DNA of 64,000 nt from Candidatus Obscuribacteraceae bacterium (GTDB lineage Bacteria > Cyanobacteriota > Vampirovibrionia > Obscuribacterales > Obscuribacteraceae), in NCBI GenBank assembly GCA_044229845.1, contig JBGASG010000006.1, forward strand, positions 192,001 to 256,000. The letters are read 5' to 3'. This document shows, in pieces, positions 1 through 8,498 of the stretch. The notes under the pieces were generated by a model. That model was given only the letters and a program-made list of their open reading frames with translations. It searched no databases and had not been told where the DNA came from. How positions within the stretch are numbered: the first letter of the stretch is position 1; the number at the start of each line of letters is the position of its first letter. The position numbers and the translations under genes are program-made.

Positions 1-132
1 CAGAACATCGACTCTCAAGTCTGCCGCGAGCCTGGCATAAGCAATATTGTTCTCGAAGCTCATTCCGGCGCCCGGGCACTGCTGCCCATCGCGCAATGTG
101 GTATCGAAAATTCTGACTTGACCGTCTCGCAT
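1..132 (-). CDS. leuA: 2-isopropylmalate synthase, 5' end (runs off window)
   Basis: Manual translation MRDGQVRIFDTTLRDGQQCPGAGMS... carries the DTTLRDG motif of LeuA/DRE-TIM; preceded by a Leu-rich leader. Confidence 0.85.
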   Translation of the reverse strand, partial: MRDGQVRIFDTTLRDGQQCPGAGMSFENNIAYARLAADLRVDVL

Positions 133-177
133 TATTGGATGTCCTTATCTCAGTTTTGGGATTTGTGGATAACAACT

Positions 178-207
178 AAAAAGGGCTCTGTTCTATAAAC
201 AGAGCCC
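178..207 (-). terminator. Attenuator (intrinsic terminator) in leuA leader
   Basis: Minus-strand GGGCTCTGTT-TATAG-AACAGAGCCC hairpin followed by TTTTT, between leader peptide and leuA. Confidence 0.85.
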
Positions 208-235
208 CAAGGAGGATTGCTAAATGACTCTGTTT

Positions 236-325
236 CTAATTCTCCAGGCTAAGCAGAAGCGCCCCGCCGTTAAGCAGGAGGCTAAGCGCGCCGAGGAGAA
301 GTTGAAACTGTGTCATTGATTGCAT
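236..325 (-). CDS. leuL: Leucine-rich attenuator leader peptide (29 aa)
   Basis: MQSMTQFQLLLGALSLLLNGGALLLSLEN*; 11 Leu in 29 aa including three LLL runs; directly upstream of the terminator and leuA. Confidence 0.85.
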   Translation of the reverse strand: MQSMTQFQLLLGALSLLLNGGALLLSLEN

Positions 326-331
326 GCCACC

Positions 332-361
332 GTTTTAGTCGACGTTCAACCGATCTGTCAA
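332..361 (-). promoter_or_regulatory. Putative sigma70 promoter for leu leader
   Basis: TTGACA-N18-TAAAAC on minus strand, -10 ending 6 nt before the leader ATG. Confidence 0.55.
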
Positions 362-411
362 CAGAAATTTTTCGCCGTGTAAACATTCGCCCCGACCAGA
401 CATTCGGGGCG

Positions 412-427
412 GCACCATATATGGTGT
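412..427. promoter_or_regulatory. NrdR-box-like palindrome
   Basis: gCACCATATATGGTGt, 14-bp perfect palindrome resembling the NrdR consensus acaCwAtATaTwGtgt. Confidence 0.4.
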
Positions 428-504
428 CATCTCGCATCGCGATATGACGGATCTCATCCGCATCACGGCATCTGCCACCGCACCTGCCATTCCCGCATCG
501 GACT

Positions 505-580
505 TCGCATCCCCCATCGCACCTGCCGTCGCATCCCCCATCGCATCCCCCGTCGCATCCCCCATCGCATCCCCCATCGC
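505..580. repeat. 12-bp tandem repeat, about 6 copies
   Basis: Unit TCGCATCCCCCA with variants; intergenic. Confidence 0.85.
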
Positions 581-722
581 TCCATGTTTCCGCCAGCATC
601 AAACACTCCAGCACTGAGACCATCAATAGTTCGCGGCTAAGCCCACGTGCGAGCGCGCGACTTAGTCGTCGCGGTCGGGTATAAGATCTACGTACAATCC
701 AGTTCACCCTAAGGAATCCGCT

Positions 723-1808
723 GTGGGACAACGTGATATCGAAAAAGAATCACCAGCAGCGAAGGTCGTGCAGCAAGCCACGGACGGCAAGGACATCTCC
801 GAGGCATACAACGCACTACCGCCAGAGGACAAGCGTGCGGTATTTGCCGCATTACGCAACGGGCAAAAATCCGACCAGCCCGGGTTGAATAGCCTCGTGG
901 TCACGGGCCTGGATATTGATGGCGACGGCAAGGAAGACGTTTTAGCAGACGTGTACAACAGCAAAACAGGGGCGGACCTCTATAACCGCCCCGGTGAAGC
1001 TGGCAACAGTCCCGAAGCGCGGGCGGCGAGGGAGCGCGCGCTTATGTCCCGCGCCACTCAGATGGACGTAACCAACCCGTCCGGGCTGGACAATGCAACG
1101 GTCTCCAGCGCTCGGGAATACTGGGAAAAGGCGAATCAAAACGCAGACTCAGCCACTAAAGCGGTTCTTTCGGCAATCGCGCATGACGTATTAATGCCGA
1201 TGGCCGCAATGGACTATTTGGCAAACGTAGATCCGAAGCTGGTCGCCGAAGGACGTAAGCAGGCAAAATTTTCCGAGTCCGGACAACTACAGATTCAAGG
1301 CGGCGTTCTGCGCCCAGATAGCCCCCAGGAAGTGGAAAAGTTTCGCACCTGGCTCGATTCCAAAATCCCGCGCGATGGACAGGAGTCTACCGACGATAAG
1401 CGGACAGCACTGATACTGAAACTGGCACTGGCGGATGCCAGCCTGGAAACCGCCAACCCCCATGAGCAGTGCTCAAGGGCTTACTCAACTCTCTTGCAGA
1501 TGCGGGTTGCCATGAACAGCTTCGCTCCCGGCAAGAACAATGGCAATGCCTCCGACATCGCCAACGCCGAACATTTTCTGGAAACGTCGTTTCGGGTCTC
1601 TGCACCCATAACAGAAAGCAACGATGGCGATGCAGGCATCGGACACGGTCCGCTTTCTGCCCCCGCCTGGGCCGTCATCGCTCCCACCTACGGGGTGCTC
1701 AAGAAGCTCGGTTTCTTCGAGGGCTCAAAAGCCGGCACCCAGCAAACAGGCTGGGAACTTGCCGGCATCGGTCACGGATTGCGCGTTTACGCCCGCACAA
1801 ATCGGTAG
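723..1808 (+). CDS. Hypothetical protein (361 aa) with DxDxDG Ca-binding-like motif
   Basis: Long ORF with GTG start after AAGGA; motif LDIDGDGKEDV; no family recognised. Confidence 0.7.
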   Translation: MGQRDIEKESPAAKVVQQATDGKDISEAYNALPPEDKRAVFAALRNGQKSDQPGLNSLVVTGLDIDGDGKEDVLADVYNSKTGADLYNRPGEAGNSPEARAARERALMSRATQMDVTNPSGLDNATVSSAREYWEKANQNADSATKAVLSAIAHDVLMPMAAMDYLANVDPKLVAEGRKQAKFSESGQLQIQGGVLRPDSPQEVEKFRTWLDSKIPRDGQESTDDKRTALILKLALADASLETANPHEQCSRAYSTLLQMRVAMNSFAPGKNNGNASDIANAEHFLETSFRVSAPITESNDGDAGIGHGPLSAPAWAVIAPTYGVLKKLGFFEGSKAGTQQTGWELAGIGHGLRVYARTNR

Positions 1809-1822
1809 CCCTCGTACAGGAG

Positions 1823-1906
1823 AGCTAAAGCGATATCGCTTTAGCTTCTCCGAACTGGAGCGATATCGCTTTAGCTTCTCCGAACTGGAGCGATATCGCT
1901 TTAGCT
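1823..1906. repeat. GCGATATCGC palindromic repeat array, 3 units, 30-bp period
   Basis: Cores at 1830, 1860, 1890; first unit is the perfect 24-bp palindrome AGCTAAAGCGATATCGCTTTAGCT; between convergent genes. Confidence 0.95.
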
Positions 1907-1933
1907 TTGAGGGAGGGGGCTGGAGCTTGACAG

Positions 1934-3220
1934 CTAGCGGACGATACGGCTTTCGTAGAGGGCGGCTTCTTGCGGTTTTTTGTCGCGGCGATAGGCATCC
2001 TGGATGGCATCGACAGATGCGCGCAGCATCTTGGAGTACTTGCGGTCGCCTTGCGCCAAAATCGACTCGCGTAACACCATTTCCGCATCGGAGTAATTTC
2101 CGGCGTTAGTGTACATCTTGCCCAGTTCCAGGGAGCTACTCCAGAACATGGGGTCTACGTTGTAGCCGCGCTGGACATCCCATGCGGCACGGAGATTCGT
2201 GATGGCTTCTTTTTGTAATTTGGGATCATTGCGCTGAATCATAGCAATGTGAAACTTTGCCACAGCCATTTCCTCCTCTTCCTTGAGGGCGGTGGCAATC
2301 TCCAGAGCCTCTTGAGCCGAGGCCAGCGAATCTTTGGTCTGATTCATTTCGCGTTGACAGCCCGCTTGCAGGTTGAGGAGCATGACTCGGTAGTGGCGAT
2401 CTGTGATTTGCGGGTCCTGCAGATACTTCTGAATTAGGGGCATCGCTTGCGTGTATTTTTCTTCGCGGACGTAGTGCTGAATCAAATTGGTGGCGGCGGT
2501 CAACGCTTCGGCGCTGTTGGCACCATATTTGGTGCAGCTTTTTTCGTAGAGAAGAGCGTGCTGCTTCTCGCGCTCTTCAAACGTAATCCGTTTCTCGCCG
2601 GGCTTGGGCTCGCTGCTCTGCAGTTGTTCCACCATGGCGCCCGCGGTGGTGCGACGCAGTTTCTCTGCCTCCGCAGTCTGTCCAGTGGCAGCCAGAACGC
2701 GTGCCAGCGCTTCTGTCGCTTCATCCCAAACGCGCGTTCCAGCAGAAGAGCGCCAGGACAATTTGCGCGCCTTGGTGAACAGTTCCCTTGCTTGCGGCAG
2801 CTCTCCTTGTTTCTCCAGAATGTAGCCGTATCCAAGGTACGCTACCGCCATCGGCTTGCCGACGCGCAGAAGAGCTTCTTCGGACTTGACGGTACCGCTC
2901 CATCTCTCGTATGAGCTGATGCCTTCTTCGAAGAGTTTGGCGGCTTCTTCCTCTTTGCCTTGTTTTCTCAAAACTTCGGCGAGGGAAACCACGGTTGTGG
3001 TCCGCCGTGGGTCGCTTTTCTGGAAGTGGTCGGCCAGGTCGATCGCCTGCTCATACTTCGCTTGCGCTACATCGAGTTTCTGGCGGCGTTCGGCCGAGAC
3101 GGCCTCAGCGGTGTATTGCTCCCAGAGGTCGTTGCGTTTCTGGCTCTCTACGCCCGCAAACGAACACCCCGACGCGCTTAGGGTCAGGGTGCCAGCGATA
3201 ATGATTAGTAGGAAACGCAT
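1934..3220 (-). CDS. TPR-repeat putative lipoprotein
   Basis: Signal peptide with lipobox (SASGC); multiple TPR-like helical repeats. Confidence 0.8.
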   Translation of the reverse strand: MRFLLIIIAGTLTLSASGCSFAGVESQKRNDLWEQYTAEAVSAERRQKLDVAQAKYEQAIDLADHFQKSDPRRTTTVVSLAEVLRKQGKEEEAAKLFEEGISSYERWSGTVKSEEALLRVGKPMAVAYLGYGYILEKQGELPQARELFTKARKLSWRSSAGTRVWDEATEALARVLAATGQTAEAEKLRRTTAGAMVEQLQSSEPKPGEKRITFEEREKQHALLYEKSCTKYGANSAEALTAATNLIQHYVREEKYTQAMPLIQKYLQDPQITDRHYRVMLLNLQAGCQREMNQTKDSLASAQEALEIATALKEEEEMAVAKFHIAMIQRNDPKLQKEAITNLRAAWDVQRGYNVDPMFWSSSLELGKMYTNAGNYSDAEMVLRESILAQGDRKYSKMLRASVDAIQDAYRRDKKPQEAALYESRIVR

Positions 3221-3330
3221 GAACGACGTCCGAGCGGCGCGGCTCTATAGCTCAATTCTACCGGACGGGTCCGCCATGGGCGAATCCGTCTTAGATTACG
3301 ACGTGCTTGGTTCTCTGTGGTCGGCGTTTC

Positions 3331-3579
3331 CTAGCGGCGTGGCTTGCTCACCTGTTGGTCGCCGAGCAGGGGCGACAACACCATGCGATTGCCTTGCACA
3401 GAAACGAACTGCGCGAGCACTTCCTCGCCCTCACGAAATTTCATCGGGGTGACCAGATACCCCGGTTGATTGCTCGTGGTTTTGACCGCGTATCCACCCA
3501 CAGTCGCTGCTTCGATGCGGCAGACGACGTTCTGTCCGGCTTTGAGGCCGGAACCTTTGTTCCAATGATTCAGCGTCAT
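3331..3579 (-). CDS. Small protein, S1/OB-fold-like
   Basis: 82 aa, beta-rich pattern GQNVVCRIEA..GGYAV..GEEVLAQFV. Confidence 0.55.
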   Translation of the reverse strand: MTLNHWNKGSGLKAGQNVVCRIEAATVGGYAVKTTSNQPGYLVTPMKFREGEEVLAQFVSVQGNRMVLSPLLGDQQVSKPRR

Positions 3580-3697
3580 GTCTTGGGATTCCTAAAAAAA
3601 GACCAGCGGCAACCCAGCTTGCCACTTGTCTTATACCCAAAATCGCCTCGCTTCAACCGCCAAGACCCGCATGTAAAGCTAAACTTTGGCGATTAGC

Positions 3698-4183
3698 TTA
3701 CTCATCCGTAGTCTCACGTTTTGCATCCGATTGTTGATTGCGCGAAGTCTCCGATGATTTTGCCTGAAATCCGAATTCTTTGAACCGCAGTTGGCTTTTC
3801 ACTTCGCTGACGCCCAGGACATCACGCGCGATCTCCTCCGCAAGCCGTTTCTCATATTTGTTTGCCGCATAACCGCGCAACGAAACAATGCCATCCAGCA
3901 CGCCAATCTCCATGTCACCGGCATCCAGATCCGGATGGTGCGTGAGCCGCTTGTAGAGCTCGTCCTCGATAGATTGATCCGAGCGTACGTAGTCCTTCGG
4001 ACCGCGCCCCGCAAACTGCCCCGGCGTCCAGTTGGCCGGCATGACGCCTTCGTCGGCTTCGTCGTCGTAGGGTTCGAGGACGCGTCCGTTTCGAGAAACC
4101 CAGCCGCGCTTGCGCCCGTAGGCAATCCATCGCTGGAAGTCGCCGCCCTCAATGTCGTCTATCATGCCGAGATCCGCTCCCAC
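3698..4183 (-). CDS. BON-domain protein
   Basis: GRGPKDYVRSDQSI...GIVSLRG...AEEIARDVLGVSEV, typical BON; start uncertain. Confidence 0.85.
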   Translation of the reverse strand: MGADLGMIDDIEGGDFQRWIAYGRKRGWVSRNGRVLEPYDDEADEGVMPANWTPGQFAGRGPKDYVRSDQSIEDELYKRLTHHPDLDAGDMEIGVLDGIVSLRGYAANKYEKRLAEEIARDVLGVSEVKSQLRFKEFGFQAKSSETSRNQQSDAKRETTDE

Positions 4184-4361
4184 AGCTAGTTACGAGTACA
4201 AGTTACTGGATGGTAACTGCTTTGAATGTGACTGATCGACAGTCTACGAGCGGAATTGTTACGACTTTGGAACCTTAGTGGCGGTAATCACCAATAAAGC
4301 CAGCCTGGTCAAAGCAGATGCCCCTAATATATGAATGTCGTTAGCGAGCAAAGAGGAACTT

Positions 4362-4595
4362 ATGAGAAACCTGCTTTCCCTTTTGACCATAGCCGCCCTC
4401 TCGTGCGCGGCAGCCTACGCAAACTGCGGCGATGAAGACTGCGGCAAAGGCGACTGCAGCAAATCCAAAGCCGGCTGCAACAAGAAATCGAAGAAAACCA
4501 GCAAGAAAGCTGCTGAATCGGCGAAAAAAGCAGATGCCAGCGCCGCCGATGCGTCCGCTACTGAAAAGCCCGCAGAAACGCCTGCTGCGCAATAA
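4362..4595 (+). CDS. Small secreted Cys/Lys-rich protein
   Basis: AGAGGA RBS, signal peptide, NCGDEDCGKGDC...C followed by a Lys/Ala-rich tail. Confidence 0.65.
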   Translation: MRNLLSLLTIAALSCAAAYANCGDEDCGKGDCSKSKAGCNKKSKKTSKKAAESAKKADASAADASATEKPAETPAAQ

Positions 4596-4602
4596 GCCAG
4601 CT

Positions 4603-5988
4603 TTAGTTGTTCAATTTTCGCTGTAGCAGGGAATCGCGATTCTCTTGCAGCCAGCGTATGTTGGCAAAACTTGTGCCCCCGAGAATGCCTGTAATCGGCA
4701 GATTCGGGGTCATTTTTTCCATGGTCATTTTGAGCCCGACGGGCAGGTCAGTGGGGACGACTTCCTGACCGCCGCCCGGCAGAAATGGAGCCTGTCCGAA
4801 CTTGAGCGGAGCACTCACCGGTTTGCTCATGTCCAGAATCAATCCGTTGGTCTGCACGGCTCCGGCCGGAGCCGCGAAGGTGATGTCGGTGCCCGTGAGG
4901 CGGAATCCAGGTACGGTGCCCTCTCCGGCAAGGTTTCTAAACGGATTGGCGACGACGCCAAAGACACCGTCAGCAGGTTTTGCCAGCGAATGGTTGGCTG
5001 AAAACGGGTCGGGGGTCCCATCCGGTCTTTGTGAACGCAGCTGCACTGCTGCGCTCATGAAGTCGGGGCTGAACTCGCCGGGTCCATTGTTGCCTGCGGC
5101 GTGGACGACGGTGATTCCTTTATCTTGAAGCCGCTGAATCGCCGCATTGGTGTCAACGATGCGAGAGGCAATCTTGCGTTCTTCGGGCGTGCTGGCGGGA
5201 TTGTTGACGATCGCTTGCATGCCCTGGAGAATTCTGTCTTTGTTGGCTGCCAAATTCTCGGGAGTAACGTTGAGATCCGGCATCCCGCCTTTAGTTTGCA
5301 ACATGGAAGAAACTTTGGTGAACGACAGGTCGGGGTTGTTTCCCAAACTGATGTTGATGACATCGCCCTTTCCGAGCGGCAGTTCGCCGCTGTTGATCTT
5401 TTGCTCGATGCCCATGAGCGGCATGGCGAAATTGGCTCCGGTACCGTCCCACGGCGCCGTCGTGTTGTCCTGAACGCGAACGACGTTGAATCCGTTCTGC
5501 CGAGCCGCCTGGGCGGTCGGTTCGCCGTGCGGCAATCCGTTGCCCTGCGAATCCAGAGGTTCGGTGTTGCGAATGGTGTTTCTGAAATCGTCGAGAACCA
5601 CCACAGTCGGCTTGGACGGGTCGAGGTTCTGGGCGCTGTCCAACATGGTGATCGATTTGCGGGGGTCGATGCTGGCAGGGCGCTCAGGCGGCAGCGGAAC
5701 GCCGCGATCGCCCTTTTTCGATTTGAGGGCGCGGGTCAGGTCATCACCAAAACTGTCGGCTCCAGTAAACGCGTTATCGAACACCAGGTCGTTGCCGCCT
5801 TGGCTGTTCGGCTGCAGGACGCTGTCTCTCTGGTTGAAGGTGCCGCTGCCCTGATTACCGCTGCTCTGATTGCCGACGACGCTATCGAACTGCGCCAGCA
5901 ATTGTGGTGAGTCAAAGTTAGGCTGTTGAACCGCATCCCTGACGGGCGGTCTAACTGGGGCATCGCTGCCCGCGATTTCATCGGCCAT
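4603..5988 (-). CDS. Divergent S8 (subtilisin-like) serine peptidase
   Basis: Catalytic motifs in order: VVVLDD, HGEPTA, AAGNNG, GGTSFA; low-complexity N-terminus, no signal peptide. Confidence 0.7.
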   Translation of the reverse strand: MADEIAGSDAPVRPPVRDAVQQPNFDSPQLLAQFDSVVGNQSSGNQGSGTFNQRDSVLQPNSQGGNDLVFDNAFTGADSFGDDLTRALKSKKGDRGVPLPPERPASIDPRKSITMLDSAQNLDPSKPTVVVLDDFRNTIRNTEPLDSQGNGLPHGEPTAQAARQNGFNVVRVQDNTTAPWDGTGANFAMPLMGIEQKINSGELPLGKGDVINISLGNNPDLSFTKVSSMLQTKGGMPDLNVTPENLAANKDRILQGMQAIVNNPASTPEERKIASRIVDTNAAIQRLQDKGITVVHAAGNNGPGEFSPDFMSAAVQLRSQRPDGTPDPFSANHSLAKPADGVFGVVANPFRNLAGEGTVPGFRLTGTDITFAAPAGAVQTNGLILDMSKPVSAPLKFGQAPFLPGGGQEVVPTDLPVGLKMTMEKMTPNLPITGILGGTSFANIRWLQENRDSLLQRKLNN

Positions 5989-6133
5989 GCAATAGTAAGG
6001 TGAGCGAGGTGGGGGTCTGCCGTGATACTAGCAAAACGGGCGTGCAGTCCTCGTGAAAGCCGGCAGGACGGCAAGATCCCCTCGGAGGAGCGCTCACTTA
6101 CTTTGGCCGTCCGGATCCCCGGAGAAACGCTCC

Positions 6134-6928
6134 CTAGGCGGTGCGAGCGATTTCGGCGTCGGCGCAAATTAGAGTTCCCGGGTGTCCGGGATTGAACGTG
6201 TTGCGCACGCGAATCTGGACACCGTGCTGCTTAGCCAGCGTCACGGAGCGATCATGAATTACCTGCGCGCCCGCGCGGGCCATTTCGAAGCAGTGGTCGT
6301 AGCCTATCTCGGGAATCAAGACGGCGCCGGCAACTTTGTTGGGGTCGGCGGTAAAAACTCCGTCGACATCGGTAAAGATGTGGCAGACGCCCGCGCCGAC
6401 CGCGGCGGCCAGCGCCACGGCGGACGTGTCCGACCCGCCGCGCCCCAGGGTCGTGATGTCACCGTCGACGGTGCTGCCCTGGAATCCGGCGACGACGATC
6501 ACGTCATTGTCTTGCAGTTCTTCCAGGATGTGCGGAGCATCGACGGTGAGGATGCGGGCACAGCCGTGTTCGGCTTCAGTGAGCACACCAATCTGCTGAC
6601 CGGTAAATGATTTGGCGCGCACGCCGCAGGACTTGAGAATCATGGTCAAAAGCGCGATCGAGACTTGCTCTCCGGTGGACAACAGAACATCCAGCTCGCG
6701 CTTATCCGGCTGCTCCGCACAGCGCAGCGCCAACTGATACAGATGATCCGTGGTATCACCCATCGCCGACACGACGACGATGGTTTTCTGTTGCTTCGAG
6801 AACGATTGCACGATCTGGGCAACGTTCTGCATTCTGCCGATGCCGCGCACCGACGTGCCTCCAAATTTGAGCACGGCGATGCTTTGAATATTGGTCTGAT
6901 TGTTTACCCGCAGGTTAACAGCGCACAT
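6134..6928 (-). CDS. lysC: Aspartate kinase, catalytic domain only (no ACT domains)
   Basis: KFGGTSV, VVSAMGDTT, TLGRGGSDTSA, TDVDGVFTADP; ends just after the kinase domain; GGAGGA RBS before ATG 6928. Confidence 0.9.
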   Translation of the reverse strand: MCAVNLRVNNQTNIQSIAVLKFGGTSVRGIGRMQNVAQIVQSFSKQQKTIVVVSAMGDTTDHLYQLALRCAEQPDKRELDVLLSTGEQVSIALLTMILKSCGVRAKSFTGQQIGVLTEAEHGCARILTVDAPHILEELQDNDVIVVAGFQGSTVDGDITTLGRGGSDTSAVALAAAVGAGVCHIFTDVDGVFTADPNKVAGAVLIPEIGYDHCFEMARAGAQVIHDRSVTLAKQHGVQIRVRNTFNPGHPGTLICADAEIARTA

Positions 6929-6973
6929 ATTTCCTCCAATCAAGGTATTGCTTAATCTCGTGTCGATCCAAAT

Positions 6974-8275
6974 CTATTTGGCGGGCGATGCCGCCAGTTC
7001 TCTTTGTTGTTCTTGTTGTTCTTGCTGCTTTTGCTGCCGCTCCTTGCCGCCGGAGACAGTGCCGGCAGCCACAGCCGGTAGGGCTTGCGCCAGGTCAGCG
7101 ATCAAGTCACGCGCGTCTTCGATGCCGCAGGACAATCTGATCAAACCATCGGTGATACCACACTGTTCCTGCACGTCTTTCGGTATCGGCTTGTGCGTCA
7201 TCGTGGAGGGATGACAAATCAACGACTTGACGCCACCGAGGGATTCGGCGAGCTGGAACAAACGAGTCGACCGCACCAGATGCTTAGCATTGTCCAGTCC
7301 GCCTTTGACGACAAAAGAAACCATGCCGCCGAAACCAGTCATCTGGCGCTTGGCCAGTTCGTATTGCGGGAACGAGGGGAGTCCCGGGTAGAAAACCTGT
7401 TCTACTGCCGGATGTTGTTCGAGAAAGTTGGCGACTTCCGTGGCGTTGCGCTCGTGTTCTCTCATGCGCAGGGAGAGGGTCTTCACGCCGCGCAAAGTCA
7501 GGTAGCAGTCGAATGGACCGGGAACGCAACCGGATGCATTCGTGTAAAACTGCAATTGCTCGTAGAGATCCTCGCGATCCGTGATCACGGCACCGCCGAT
7601 GACATCGGCGTGTCCGCTCAGATATTTGGTTGTACTGTGAACTATGACGTCGGCGCCGAACTCCAGTGGACGCTGGAAATATGGTGTCGCAAAAGTGTTA
7701 TCGACGCAGTAGATCAAATTGTGGCGCTTGGCGATTTTGCCGATTTCGCGCAAATCCGCAAGCCGGAGCAGGGGATTCGTCGGCGTCTCCAACCAGATCA
7801 ACTTGGTCTGGCTACACACCGCGTTTTCAATCTGTTGAACATCGCGGGCGTTTACATACGAAAAACTGAGATTGTAGCGTTTGAGGACCTTTTCGAAGAG
7901 GCGGTAGACGCCGCCATATACGTCTTCGCCGACAACCACGTGATCGCCTGCATTGAGCAGGCTGGCAACCACTGTCACAGCCGCTAAGCCGGAGGCGGTG
8001 GCGATGCCGTAGCGAGCGCCTTCGAGCGAAGCCAGGCATTCTTCAAGCGCAGTACGCGTCGGATTGTGCGTACGGGCATATTGGTACCCTTTGTTGACGC
8101 CCAGCTCATCGAGCGCGAATGTCGAAGTCTGGTATATCGGAGTAGTGAGGGCGCCGGTGGCGGGGTCTGGTTCCTGCCCGTGATGTACGGCTCTGGTGGC
8201 GAATGCCAGGGTCGAGGTGAACTCGCGTTGCGCTTTGGTCTTCTCGCAGCCGTTGTGAGTGGGATGTACGGTCAT
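6974..8275 (-). CDS. metB: Cystathionine gamma-synthase/lyase (PLP trans-sulfuration family)
   Basis: PIYQTSTF, YARTHNPT, ETPTNP, DNTF, HSTTKYLSGH (PLP Lys), AESLGG; AAAGGAG RBS before ATG 8275. Exact reaction specificity uncertain. Confidence 0.85.
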   Translation of the reverse strand: MTVHPTHNGCEKTKAQREFTSTLAFATRAVHHGQEPDPATGALTTPIYQTSTFALDELGVNKGYQYARTHNPTRTALEECLASLEGARYGIATASGLAAVTVVASLLNAGDHVVVGEDVYGGVYRLFEKVLKRYNLSFSYVNARDVQQIENAVCSQTKLIWLETPTNPLLRLADLREIGKIAKRHNLIYCVDNTFATPYFQRPLEFGADVIVHSTTKYLSGHADVIGGAVITDREDLYEQLQFYTNASGCVPGPFDCYLTLRGVKTLSLRMREHERNATEVANFLEQHPAVEQVFYPGLPSFPQYELAKRQMTGFGGMVSFVVKGGLDNAKHLVRSTRLFQLAESLGGVKSLICHPSTMTHKPIPKDVQEQCGITDGLIRLSCGIEDARDLIADLAQALPAVAAGTVSGGKERQQKQQEQQEQQRELAASPAK

Positions 8276-8303
8276 GGTGATGTTTCTCCTTTCAATAATT
8301 GCC

Positions 8304-8342
8304 AAAAGAAAACTCCCCTTCTCTGCCGCGAGAAGGGGAGTT
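8304..8342 (-). terminator. Attenuator (intrinsic terminator) in metB leader
   Basis: 13-bp stem AACTCCCCTTCTC/GAGAAGGGGAGTT, 6-nt loop, then TTCTTTT on minus strand. Confidence 0.85.
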
Positions 8343-8367
8343 AATTGCACTTTCTAAGCTTGCTGAG

Positions 8368-8463
8368 TTAATCGAGCCAGACGATGTGCAAACACCCTAC
8401 TTCCCCGGCGGGGTAGTAGCGCATGTTCATGCTCATCATCATAGTTGTGGCGCGATTCGACAT
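8368..8463 (-). CDS. Methionine-rich attenuator leader peptide (31 aa)
   Basis: MSNRATTMMMSMNMRYYPAGEVGCLHIVWLD*; 5 internal Met codons within 7 codons; upstream of the terminator and Met-pathway genes. Confidence 0.8.
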   Translation of the reverse strand: MSNRATTMMMSMNMRYYPAGEVGCLHIVWLD

Positions 8464-8470
8464 GTGCCCC

Positions 8471-8498
8471 ATGATAGCGGCAAAAATTGCGCTGTCAA
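8471..8498 (-). promoter_or_regulatory. Putative sigma70 promoter for met leader
   Basis: TTGACA-N16-TATCAT; -10 lies 7 nt before leader ATG 8463. Confidence 0.65.

Noticed and set aside
282..731. Cys-rich (CDGG)n ORF as a real protein
   Set aside because: By-product of the 12-bp tandem repeat; overlaps the leu leader and promoter.
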